This document shows, in pieces, positions 1 through 13,078 of a stretch of 64,000 nt of DNA. The notes beneath the pieces were generated by a model, which did not search any database, was not told the origin of the DNA, and worked only from the letters and a program-made list of their open reading frames with translations. Position numbers and translations under genes: made by a program. The DNA is taken from NCBI GenBank assembly GCA_035084275.1, contig CM068748.1, positions 4,402,001 through 4,466,000 on the forward strand, in the 5' to 3' direction. Every line of letters starts with the position of its first letter. Positions within the stretch are counted from its first letter, which is position 1. This DNA comes from Hydrolagus colliei (lineage: Eukaryota).

Positions 1-3000
1 CAGTTACCTGGATTAGAATGAACTGTGCTTTGAAAGTGCAGTAACTGTGCTTACTAAATAGCAATAACCATTTTTCTGTGCATATCATCCCAGCTAAGAC
101 AGCAAAAAAATCGAACCTTATTTTGTTAAACTCCTAATTTTGAAGGTGCCCAACAAAAGAACTCAATGATCATCTTGAGATAGAATTACTTCAATTTTAT
201 ATCATTAACGATTGTTTTATCAATTTACCAATGGCTGAATTAAACCAATCATGAAAAGCTCGGGCAATATTAATTCTGAGAACTTTTTTGGCAGGCTATG
301 CTTAAATTATATACAGAAATTTTAGCTTGCTGAATGCAGCTAGCTATTAGAAGCAAATGCCAAAGTATCCACCTAGTAACTCGTTCTGGCTTGACCCTTT
401 GTAACATAAGCCAAAAAGTAATCATAAATTCCAAAGTGCAGTATAAAAAACATCATGTGTTCTTCAGCAGCTGAAACGGCATGATGTAGTGTATTTAAAT
501 TCAAGAATGTGTCAGTAGGACTATTCAAGTAATATTCAAAAATCACAACAGACCAAGAGAAAGAGAGAGAGAGTTTCAACCATTTTAGGAGCAAAGAAGA
601 AGTGAACTGATGTTTCCAATTAGAAATCATCCAAATGAATGAAGAGTGTTAACAAGACATGTGCTATTCTATTCTGTTTTAATTGTACTGAGAATGAAGT
701 CCTGTTGATATACTTTATTTATCACATGTGGTGCAAGTTGCATGTTCACTACCTAGGGAAGCAATGTCGAACTCCAGTGAATTTAAAAATCATATGAAGA
801 TACAGCTGTTTTTCATTCAACAAACTGTGCTATGTGAACAATTCCAATAGTATGTTTTTTATGCCTTAATTGAATATTGTACCACTGACATTGTGCTATG
901 AAGGTCCTTTTACTCAAGTCGATAAGTCGTTCATGCCCTTGGTCCTTGTGACTTATGGGTCTCATGGACCAGCAACCAGAATGCACTGCCACCTGTCACA
1001 CTGTGTGTGTGTTGATGATTGCCTTGTTTGTGAAAGTTGACCTCAATCAGCAGTTTACTACAGAATCCAAAGCAACTCAAGAGTATGAAGAGTTGTGATA
1101 CATTGGAGGTTGTGAGGTAATGTGGGAGCCTGCTATGCAACAAGATCACCTAAAAGGGGAGATGGAGTGTAGCTGAGTAGGATGGGCCAAGAGGGTGGTG
1201 GAATCTGAAGATTATAAAAATTACTCAATGACTCTATCCCCTCCCCACCAGCTATCTTGTCTTGGGAATGGAACAAACAAGACATCTAAGCCTGGGTACA
1301 GGCTAAGGTGGTCAAAGCTTGTACTAGACTCAGTGGAGTATGTGCTGTAATCCCATGCTATCTCTCCAAAGGGGTGTTATGACTGGCGATGGAGAGGTTT
1401 GGTAAACTGCGAGTTAAAGCAGAGCGGAGAGAGAATGCGGAATCTGACATCGATCCCAGGCACCTCAGGATTGGCTACAAATGTCTGTTTCTGCCACGAG
1501 CACTACATGGCTGTTCATATCTTTGCCTTGTATTCTTTACCATCTGTTTGTAAACCATGTCTATCTCTGTGGATTCAGAATATGTCTATCTAACGTAAAA
1601 CACGCTTTTTAAATGTAATTTGTTATGGTCATTGGTCAGGCTACATTTTATTTGACACACTCAATATGAAAGAAAAATAGTCTACTGCCTTTCCACCAGT
1701 TATCTGATTGATATAGTAACTATTCTGGTCAAATTGTGGGTATTTAGATTTTTTGTTTTGTTATGAATTCTAAAATAATGGATATTCAGCCTGCTGTCCA
1801 CAAAGGGGTTCCAAATCGCAAGGTTACATTTGTAACTTACTCACGCTTTGCTAGTTCACCTTTGTGGTGTCATTAGTGCCCTTTAATCGTGTAACTGACT
1901 GCTACCCATCAAATCCTCTTACTTGTACTATGATGCTGGTTACCAAACCAAAAGTGGAACCTTTGACGTGACCCAGCATGACCTTCTGAGTACTTCAAGG
2001 AAAGTATAACAAAGATAAGAAAAATTAGTTCTGTTGTTGTCAATAGTGACAAGAACATTTGTTCATCAAAAGTGCCTTCTTATTATTGAAATACATGGTT
2101 TTCGCGCTACTAGAGCCGAAGAAAATCATATCATACTCTGCAAAAGACATACCTATTATTTTTCAGTGATATATTGCTTTCCAGCTGTAGCCAAAACAAT
2201 CTAATAACCACTATTAGATAAAGGCTTCTGAATATAAATGTATTGAATTGTAGTGGGAGAAAATGAACATATTGCAGCACTTATGTCAAAATGGGTTAAG
2301 CTTTCGTGTCTCTCTTTCTTTAATAAATGCAGATCAAAAGAGTTCTGTTATGTAAAAATAATAATAAAAATTCGAGCTATATGAAATAACACTACCACTT
2401 TGTAACATTCTGAAAGAACGAGTCACAAATGTGCTGTACTGAATACAAATAGCATTAAAAGTGCACAAGCATCCCACGAATGCTTCTAACCGTACATTTA
2501 TATTCATAGCAGGTTCAAAAAACCCTAGAACAATGCTAGCTATCTATTCACCATAAAGCATTCAGCCAGTTACAGTGTCACTTATGACAGCTTTGATAGA
2601 CGTATACTATATAAGAAAAAATATCTTATAGTACACAGTTCGTTTAATAAATTGATTAAACTTCCCCTCAGCCAATTGTTTTGGTCTTAACAACATCCTT
2701 AAACATCACCTGAAGAAAGAGATTGGGCTTGTTCGTAAAGACTACAGCAAAGAGACAGTTTAATCGAGGGCCTAACATTTGAGTACTGTCAGAATGTTGC
2801 CCTAAATGATAAATGATTGTATAATGCAACAGTCTACCGCTAGTGTTGAATTATATTAGCCATCAGTGTTCAAAATCCATTTTAAACTTAATTGTGCTAT
2901 GATAGCTGTATCCCCCAGTCAGCAGAACAGCAGGTTTATAAAAATCATCTTCTATGATTGTTAAATGCTTTCCTAATGAAGCTGATGATCACAACATTCT

Positions 3001-5460
3001 GCAGTAAATGCTTCTGTCAGGCTGTCATACTTGCATGATAGTGGCCCCTATAGTGAATAAGTGCTTGTGCGATTTGAGTTTATATCAAAGGCAGGAAACT
3101 CAAAAGATCTGCCTGCATGTGTAAGATAATCTCATGAAAAGGAAAGTGTCATATATTAAAATAGGATTATCAACCAGGACATAATCACAGAGCTCTGCAA
3201 TTCTATGGTAGCACATACATAGGTTCAACCAATCATACAAGGAAATAATTGAGGGCTATAAAACTTAATTCAGAAAAATCAATAAAATATAAAAGCAATC
3301 AGATAAGACCTCTTAACAAATCGATCAACTCTTGTAGAAAATCATAATGTGTTTTCCTAAGAGAAAAGCAGCTAAATGAAGCAGAGAAACCTACATAAAA
3401 TCCCACAAGTAGCTTTCTCAAGGTTCCATGTTCTGGGGAAGGAAGAAGAATGAAAAATGTAATTACTCCCTACATTTTCAAAGTCATGTTCACTGCGTGC
3501 AAACAACAGCAGTACACATTTTTCATTAATCTGAAAATAGGTGAGTCTAAGCATAGCCTATTACTGCTATTTTTAATAATAGTGTAATATTATTTCTATT
3601 TTTTAACCTTGTTTATCTGTAACTTTTTTTTAGCCAGTTATGTAACTGGTGGCAATTTGCAGACTGATGCTACATTACAGTATTTATTCTTGCTTCTGAA
3701 ATGAACCCTTTACTGACCAAACTGAAATAACACTTTGGTATATAGCCAAAGAAAAAACAATATCATTATGTGCATAAATGGTGAAAGAGCAATAAACATG
3801 ATAAGTAAGAAGGCATTCAAAATAACGGATCAATTAAGCAACTGGTAACTGTCTATTGATTACAATTACTGGATGACACAATGTTTCAATACAACCATTG
3901 CCATTTGCTGGTTAACTGCTTTTTTATGCTTTTTTTAAAAAAAACTTTTTAAAAAAAACAGAATCTGGCTGAATTAATGGTTGTGGTATTTCTGTTTTCC
4001 TAAAGATGCTTTTTATTGAATTTTTAAAAATAAGATGAAACTGGATATACTTTTAACATTCCTTTCGGTATAATGTACATAAGCAGTTTGTGAAACAGTA
4101 AATACAAATGAACTATCCATGCTACAGCTAAGTTTCTTTCTTCAACACATGAATGGAAATGTAATTTATTATTTTGTGTTTCCGTTTTATTACCTGATCA
4201 AAATAAATAGAAAGGAATATATCTTTTCTACATTTAACTCCACAAAATGTCAGTAAATTCACCACCATTTGCGTGTGCTTTCTTAAACCTGCTTGTCATG
4301 CATATTTTGGCATTTTAAACTTGTATAAAATAACATTTACCCTGCATCACTGAGTAGACAAACAAAATGATACTGAAGAAACCATAGTCTGCTATTAGAC
4401 TGAGCCTTTATAGCCGAAGGCCATAATCTGACACAGATTGAGCCCAGTACAGTAGTCAATTAATGGCTCACTGCTCATACAATAATGACCTACTAACCTG
4501 ATTGTGTGTTGCTCTCACATTTTGCTGTCTCTTGGGACACCACTGTCACTGTGTTATCTATTGCCTTCTTCCCCATCAAAGAAATAAGCTGGGCTGAAAT
4601 GTATAAGCATCAAGCTAGTTCATTGCACACCAGCCTCAGTCACTGTAGGGACAATAGATTTATAAGTTTATCCTACATTAAACCAAACATGCCTGACTGC
4701 ACTGTAAATTACTAAATAATAAACCTGGCTGTGTAAAATCTTGACTTGGAAGAATATAAAAATCCATCAAACCGTACAGGACCATAACCATAAATGTGCA
4801 ATGTATCTAGTGACACAGGTATTCCAGCATCTCTAACATCACTGGCTCATGGTGTATTTTGAGAATAATGTGTTTAATAGGTTTAAATAGTTTTACTCTT
4901 AAATGTGGTGCATAATTTTTTTTTGCTGTGACGTTGTTTGAAACAAAAATCTCTAATTGAATTTACTGGATTTGAAAGCCAATGAGAAGAATATTGGTCT
5001 TTTGTTTTAATGTAGTTAACAAGCAACAGTTATTTAATCAGTTATGTGTTAACTATATCCGTGTTCATTTAAGAATGTTTATTAACTGAATCATTGTGAC
5101 ACTGCTTCACAGTGACGCTTTAAAAAGGAAATGGGTAAATGAATTGTAGTTACCAGACATCACCTATGCAACTTCTCAGTCAAGGATAATAGTCATCATG
5201 CTCAATTTAGCTCATCATTTAGTATGTATTTAGCAGATACAGAATGGGCAACATTTTCTCATTGGAACACCACAATAAATTCAGTTAATGCCAACAGAAT
5301 TAGACTGTCAGCGACAGAGACATGCTGTAGACTTTACAGTGATGATATTTCTCCCCCTCCATCCGCCCCCTTGCTCCCACCCAGCTAAATATGCTATAGT
5401 TGTGCTGGGAGATGGGAAAATGGAGGGGTTGGGTTCCACAACTTGACCACAAGAACCATA

Positions 5461-5513
5461 AAAGTACGTTTGTAGAGCACCTTTCACGTCGAGAGGACAC
5501 CCCAAGGTGCTGA
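5461..5513 (-). mobile_element. L2-clade LINE 3'-tail fragment
   Basis: Reverse complement matches the tail of the L2 copy ending near 14340 (cagcaccttggg..tcctc.cgacgtgaaagg.gct.tacaaa). Confidence 0.75.
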
Positions 5514-7944
5514 CGTCTCAAGACCACCGACTGATTTTTCTCTGGTTCAGCAAACTCCAAGATGAGACGTGTTGCAAATAGCCATTAACATTACATCACA
5601 AAAGACCCAAAGTAAAATAAATGTTCAAAGAACTGAGCAAAAGTCCTGTCTCCAAGATGTCAGAATTCTGGCAAAACAGATTCATTTATTATTTGTGGTT
5701 GAAAATATCCAACACTTGTCCTCTACACCCAATGTGCTTTATTCAAATTCCATTGAAAAAAATTGCTGAATGTATACCAGTGAAAATGTATTTTATCTCT
5801 GCATGGTTAATTCATATCAGCATATATTTATAAAAGGTATGTTATTCAGATGCTAAACTACTGTCTCTGAGTTCCCTAGTTCCTACATCGGATTTATTGT
5901 TGGAGCAATATGTTAGTGGTACATATCTCCAAATTCAAAGCAAAACATAACTATATTGAGCCAGAATTTCATCCTCTGTGGTTCTACAGATTAAAAAAAC
6001 CAGAAGGTTACAATCCAATTGCACAGTAGTTCAGACGCTAGCTAAAGTCCAGTTTGGAAATGGAACTAAGATTCCATAATGCCTGAGATTGATCCAGATT
6101 GGTGCTGATGAAAAATATAGACCGAATAGATGGGCTGTAGAGGATGAGATGCTATCACAGTTTTGACCAGACTTCAGAAACTAGGAGCATGGCCATGTTT
6201 TGGAAAAAAAAATGCCCTGTGCAAGGCTGTAATTAATATCTTCAAGTCTCTTAGTCTTTAGCTGAGGTTTCCCATCTCAGGAAAAAAAAAGACATTTTGT
6301 CCATCTGATCTTTCACTGCGATGGGCGAAGCATACACTTGGAAAATGGGAGAGCGAGAAAAGTTAATAATGTCTGTTAAGTCACACAACTCATATCTCTT
6401 CTGTTATGCTCCTCTTCTACTATGTTACAAATATACTAAACACAGTAATGAAACATATTGTGAGACAATTAGATGATACACTTAAATTGTGAGGAGAAAA
6501 AAACAGCACGACAGAAAGACAAAAAACTAATATTTTAAACAATTATTAAACCAACGGTCAATTATGGTTCATGAATTGTAGCAAAATATAATTATTATTA
6601 TCCAAAAATGCAAAATATGGTTGATTACAGCTGTAGCAAATTATTATCAAAACATACCAGCTTGCATATAAATGCTACACACAGGTTCTTTGCATACTGT
6701 GAGTAGCTACTAATTGTTGCATTGCTTGTCATTGTAATAAAAAATGCAAGAGTATGCAGACTGCTTAATTATGGGTTGGTGTCAGTTCACCATATGAATA
6801 ATATCACAACATCTCACCGTACTCATTTAGCATGCCTGGAATTCCTTTTCAGATGAAAAGAGCTTTGCCCTAATACTAATACATCACTTATTTAACATTA
6901 TAAATACTGTTTGTATGAAGGTCATGATCCACACCATACATAGGAACACATGAATGGGATTATGCACTGAGCAATTATTAATCAGCATTTCATATATTTC
7001 AGCTTCAAACAGCATTGTTTTCATTATTTCCATGATATATTTAAATGTACTGAATTCCTAAATTACTCAATAAATTGCACCATTGTCTCAATCACATATT
7101 ATTATGTAGTGCTCAATCACGCATCATGCATTGTACAAGAGTGAGGAATATAAATATGCCATATGATATTTTGATTAATTCTTTGAAAATGATATATCTG
7201 CAATACTTTGTGTTGCACAAATGTAACTGTAGACTTTATAAATAGAACACACAGCCATGCATCATTTAAGGCCATTGCTAAATTAGGTACAAATCTGATG
7301 CTTCCATATGTATTGTGCTTAAATTAATTTCATTTCAAACTATAATACATATTCATGTGCCATCATTTCTCCATTAATAAGTATGTGAATCTCTATAAAA
7401 TCATTAGGTGTCATTTTTATCATGGTATGGTAAAGGAGACAAATATCTCGAGGACTGTCAGCTCTGTTGCGTTAGCCTTCTTCACCTGATATGCAGCAAA
7501 AAAATCACATTTAGTGAATAAATAAATTACCCAGGCTATGCATCATTCAAATCCTTTAGGATTATTGGCTAATTAGGTGTACAGCAATGTAAATTTGCCT
7601 TGTGTCAGGTTTGGAGGATCAGGACAATAACATAATTAACCAGTGAACAAAGAAATAAGCCTGAGATGGTTATCTGTAGATAATGCACAAAAAAAAATTT
7701 GATGTCCTAATCATGATCAAAAATTCAGATATCTAAAACATTTGCTAGTATCAATTAATAGATCAATCCTAATTTGGTAGTGGACCGAAGAAGATTTGCA
7801 AATTAAAATGATCAAAAAAAAAAATTTGAACGATTGAATATGAGACAAATCAAATCTGTATCCAATGTAAATTATTCAGTTGTGCATGAACATGATCCAA
7901 CAGTGTGCGATGCACCAGATCACAGATTAAGATCCGCGTGGACC

Positions 7945-8330
7945 ATGGATATTACTTGCACTTTTGATTGAGTGCAGCACCAAAATCTGATGGCAAAGTT
8001 TCAAGAATGTGGAGCTGAAAGCCTTCTGGCAAACTGGCTCCTGAGCGCTGTCCTGGTTATGCACATGCCTTCAGTGAGGAAGGTCAATCCTAGAGTACCT
8101 CCAGGCTCAAACCGACATTGTTCCTGGTCTTTGTAAATGGCAAGGAACATTAGTGTGGTTTTGAAATTGATATGTTTACATACGATTCAACTATTTATCA
8201 AACCAAGTCCTGCAGCTACAGAATAACTGTGGTTGTTTTCAACCACAACAACCTAAAAGCTATCAAGGACAGAGCTATGTAGTAGGTTTCTGTACTCAAA
8301 AGACCAAATTGTTCAGCATCAGGATCGAAA
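7945..8330 (+). mobile_element. Ancient, heavily decayed non-LTR retrotransposon RT fragment (CR1/L2 group)
   Basis: Manual translation gives RT motifs in the expected order: MDITCTFD*VQHQNLMAKFQECGAESLLANWL (like LD..KAFD.V.H..LL.KL...G), RVPPGS..PTLFLVFVN (like GVPQGS.LGP.LF...IN), and MFTYDSTIY (like FADD). Stops and frameshifts are present. Confidence 0.7.
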
Positions 8331-8771
8331 CTCAAGTTGTCTATTGACAATGTATTCACTGGAGATCCGGTTGATTACTTGCCTATTCCTCTTCTTTGGT
8401 TGAAACCTGACAGGGGCAGACCATGTGAAATTGCTTACATATACGGGCCTTCAAAACAAAAACATTTCAATTCTCAATCCTCATCTGGTCAAGATACTGA
8501 TTATAGATGTTCAGCTATAGGTTATGATTGAACTATTAAAGGGTAAATATAAATTAGGCATGTATCATGTAGAATATTCAGTACTAGAGGCAATATAATC
8601 ATATCTATAACCCAATCCATCAGTACAGGATATGATCAACTGAAATGCAGACATATGACAGGACATCACATTCTGAATGCCATGAGATTGAAGTAAAGAT
8701 ACTGTGGCATATGTAACAAATAGGTGTTTCAGACTCTGTCATGCTACGCAATTTTAAAAAATTACTTACCT

Positions 8772-8985
8772 TGGGGAACTGGGTGACACAGAGAGTTAGA
8801 ATGCATGGATTTGAGTTTGAATTTACCCAGGCAAATGGAGTCTCTCCTCTATGACAGTTGCTAAGGGTCATGAATGAAAAGAGTTTGGGGGACTCTCAAT
8901 TCAGTCCCCAATGGACACAAATCTACAGCAAACTCAAAATGCCTATAGAATGACACTAACTGGAAAATCTAACTTTCAGCGAGTG
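8772..8985 (+). mobile_element. LF-SINE-like ancient SINE
   Basis: The run agtctctcctct..agttgctaagggtc..tgaaaagagtttggggg..tctcaattcagtccccaatggac follows the recalled LF-SINE body and is collinear with the copies at 27540 and 44785. Confidence 0.6.
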
Positions 8986-9344
8986 CAAGCGAAACTGGTC
9001 TAGGAAATGGAAAGAACTTACACTGGTGTAGTGGGAGGAGTTGTTCTGAAGTTTTATTTCAGCTATATTGCTTGGGTAGTAAGGACATTGATGTATAGAA
9101 CGCATGCTGTATCTGAACAAGAAATGCTGATTTGGGAATTAAAAATGAGAATAATTTCCATTCCTCAGTAATATCAATGGTCACTAAAATAACCATAAAA
9201 ATGGTTTTGAAATTATTTCTTAATAGGTATCAACAATTGTTACTTTCAGTCAATTAAAAGTCATAATTATATGTTGTAGTTTAACATAAAATCTTACACT
9301 GATATCAGATACACTGATATATCTTACACTTACATTGATATTAG

Positions 9345-9620
9345 ATAATAATAATAATAATCCTTGCATTTGATATAGCGCTTTTCACATCTTCTAGATG
9401 TCTCAAAGCGCTTCACAGAATATACTGTAAGGTGAATTGACACACATCAGTGTTCCACAAACAATCATAAATTGAAATAACCAATGTATTATTGTTTTTT
9501 TCTTGAGGAATTATTATCAGGCGTGTGGAGTAAGAAAACTTACACAAGGATTTGCCTTGCCTGGAATCGAACCCAGGTCTCTCACATGTAAGGCAAGTGC
9601 TCTAACCACTGAGCTACAAG
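9345..9620 (-). mobile_element. tRNA-derived SINE with L2-like tail (near full length)
   Basis: Minus strand shows an A box (TAGCTCAGTGG), a B box (GGTTCGATTCC) and the tail ..gtgaagcgctttgagacatctagaagatgtgaaaagcgctatatcaaatgcaagga(tta)n. More than 10 related copies occur in the window. Confidence 0.9.
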
Positions 9621-10940
9621 ATTAAAGGGAACTAATAAGCAAACGCTTCCTCTCAGCAATTGCTATTCCACTTTGACATGGGAAAAATAACTGAGAAGGC
9701 TGTGATAAGAAATTTTATTTGTGTGTTAATAACTAAAACAATTAATACAATTGTTGTTTTCCAGCATAACAAACAGAACAAGAAAGTAACATTTATTTAA
9801 TCTAGTGCTTTTAAAATTTATTGAACTGCCCTTAGCAGCTTCATACCCTCACAGTAGTGACTCATTAATGTATTTAGGACTGGGACTTGTTTTTTTTACC
9901 GAATTGACTACAAAGTACTGTATATGTGTAATTCAAGCATTTCCAATTTCAAATGTTTTTATACCTCACTGAAAGACAGGGCCCTGAGCTCACCTCTAAT
10001 TAACCTTTACAAATCGATTGATGTAATCAGACTCTCACAATATTAGAGTATTACTCAGCTTTGGTTAATATTCCTTTATTCATTGGACATTTGACCAATA
10101 ACTGTTAAGAACAAATTAAGATCTTAATATCAAAGTTTACAGCCCTGAAATGCAACAGTGTTTTATGATGTCTCAGAAGTTCTGTGTAAAGATTAATAAA
10201 CACCTAATACTGTATGTGAAAAGCAAAAACAAATAATTTGCTAATACTAAAAGCATCCATCTGTATGCAGACGTCTGTACAACTTAAGATTCTCATTCAA
10301 GTCACGTTTCAAGAAACATACTTTCATTTACCTGTTTATGATAACAGCAATTTCCACTGGCTTAGAATCCATCATCATTCATCAATCTATGCCTTAGTTT
10401 TGTCTAGGTACCTTATGCCATCAATTTGATATACATTATATTTAATATTACATCACAAGCATAGAAAGGTGTACATTACTGATAAATAATATGTCATGGT
10501 TAATTAGCATATGAGGTAAAGCTATGTATCTATGTGATAATTTTCATTGATTATGTACAAACTTGTGCTTATTAACTTTATGTAGTGTTACAGAACATGG
10601 AGCATGAAGTTAGAAAGATTTTTAGGCTCATGTTATATTAGGGATAAAGGTCTGTTTAAAAAAATGCAAAGTTTTCTCATTAAATCAACTCAAATGTTAT
10701 TTTCAAACAAATTTGTTCCAGACCGATTATTAGATTTTTGAAACCAGCTATTTTTCATCCGATTGACATGAATGGAACAAGGAAAGAGAATATTAAATAA
10801 AAGCAGCCATTTTTTTTTCTGGAATGAGCTTTGCTTGAACTCTCTTTTGTTTACGGAGCTTCATGTTTAACTTCTGACAATAACTTACTTTACAGATCAG
10901 TATTTTCGTTAATCAGGACTTCAGGGTTGAGTGTTTGAGT

Positions 10941-11000
10941 CTTCAGCATCTGCCTCCTGCCATGAAAGGCTCTCGATAAATGTAATTTTGTTGTTGTTGT
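10941..11000 (+). mobile_element. L2 3'-tail fragment
   Basis: ctcctgccatgaaaggc...aaatgtaattt(tgt)n. Confidence 0.65.
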
Positions 11001-12839
11001 TTGAATTCACAGTTCTTCAAAGCCAATACTTGACTGTTAAACTGTGCTATGGAAAGCAACTGGTAGAGCTTTGTAGTAAATAAAATTACAAAACAAAGTG
11101 AGGTGAAAATGTTGCCAATATTACGAAGCAAAAGCTCCTTAAGATCACTAGCCATTCTTCTGATTTGTTTTCACAGAACAAATGGACATGTGAACTCAAT
11201 GCTTGCCATTCTGTTCCCTACCTGACTCCCCCAAACTGGACAGTTACTAAATAACTATGGAATTTCTTCACATCATTTCCTTGGGACTCACCGAACACAG
11301 CACACCACAAGGCCATCTAGGCCTCCTGTTAGATTGAGAGGAATTGGATGGACCGATCTTCACAAGGGCACTTCATATCCTCTCTACCAGACTTCTAACA
11401 TTTTGATAAATATGCCACACTCATGGCAATTTGTTTTGCCAAAAAGTTAAGATCTTACAGATGATTGTAATTACATTCTATCTAGTAATATCCATATTGA
11501 ATATAGAGAGCCTAACTCTTCTAATAAAATGAATTAAAAACACACTGAAATCTTACATTTCTACATAGTTATTTATGTCTATAGCCGAAAATATAATTAC
11601 CAATAATTTTTACATTGATAGAGGGTGGAAAGTAGCACTCTGCTTAGTTTGAAAGCTTGTTTTGATAGTTTCAATGCAAAGTCACAATTATGGATGTTGG
11701 TTCAGCCAGCAAACCAATATCATCAACTGAGTCAATCAATGATGGTGTTGGGGTAAAGTTGGAATTCAATAATCTTAAGCAAGTCTACCATTTTCTTAGA
11801 TTTCAAACAGTGGTGCCATCATTTACAATCCGTACATTTATCATCATGTCTTTTGCGTGGTCAATGTATTAAGTGAGTCGGAAAATCTTGCTGGTGGTGA
11901 ATTATAATATTATAATATTAAAACAATCTTAATGACTTTTGATTGTGATGTGTGCAAAACTTCAACAAAGCATTGTGCCGTATGCTACGTTTCTAAAATT
12001 GTTCTGAAAGGACGCTGGGACATGTGCAACACTGCTGTACACAAATAAATTCAATTTTTCAAGTGGCAAAATCTCACTGCCTTCTGCATGAATACATCAA
12101 TCATAGTGGAACCCAGAGGACCCACAGGATAAAAGAACAACACATGTTGCAGAATATTCCAGAAACTGTGAAACCTGCACTCAGGAGGTTGAATGTGCAA
12201 GACATACATTTTTCCAATCTATATATGAAATGGGAATAGTGAGCAGGAGGAAGAAAAGGATTGAGCCAGTAAATGATAACATGGAAGCTGGTTTTGTTTA
12301 GCCAAATAATCAGTAAAAGGTAGAGACAGAATATTTTGTCCTTTCCAACCTCCATACATTTATGTACTATGTCCACGACAGTGTAGGTGCCTTCATATAA
12401 AAAAAAATGTTGAATATTTGTTTGCACACCGTTATTGACCATATATAAGGCACAATACCTAATGTAAGGATCATTCTTATAAATATATTGAGCCGAGAGC
12501 CAAATTACTCTGCCAATTGGCGTAATAGAATGTGACATGATATGCCATTGTATACGCCAGTGTATCCTTGATGGCACAGATATTTCGCATTGCCAGAGAT
12601 CAGTTGAAACCTAGTGAAGCTGAAAATGTGTGTAATCAGCTCAATAATAACTGTACAGTTACCACTGCAGCCTTATCTAAAGGGTCTTTATGCCTAACAG
12701 TCCAAAACTAGCATTCCTCGACATGGTAATAACTTTATGATGGCACTCATGGATGAGTACTTCCGAAGGCTATTATAAGAATATTTGAAAAATATTTTCT
12801 TAATTTAGTTTTTGCATCATGTGTGTTTGGATGGGAGGT

Positions 12840-12856
12840 GGGGGGGGGGGGGGGGG
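12840..12856 (+). repeat. Poly-G tract (17 G)
   Basis: Direct reading of the sequence. Confidence 0.95.
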
Positions 12857-13078
12857 CGTAAAACAAATAATCCCAACAGGTTACACTTGAGACAGTATCC
12901 ATTCAGCTGGTTCCATAAAAAAATACATTGAAGGATAGTTACCATGGAAATGTAATGCTCTCTGTAAGTACACATTCCAGGAATCTCTCCACTGGATGAG
13001 TATTTTTATGGGCTTGCAACTGGACCATGTTTACCATTGAACATTAGAATTAATTTGGCTGAATTGAATTCAATCTTC

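Noticed and set aside
9560-9620. tRNA gene (also 32975-33047)
   Set aside because: A and B boxes are present but are attached to a SINE body and tail, and there is no intact cloverleaf.
12440-12451. CArG box (ccatatataagg)
   Set aside because: Eight A/T bases lie between CC and GG, not six.
12101-12577. Longest non-repeat ORF (158 aa, minus strand)
   Set aside because: No recognisable domain, composition typical of translated AT-rich DNA, and no clear splice boundaries.
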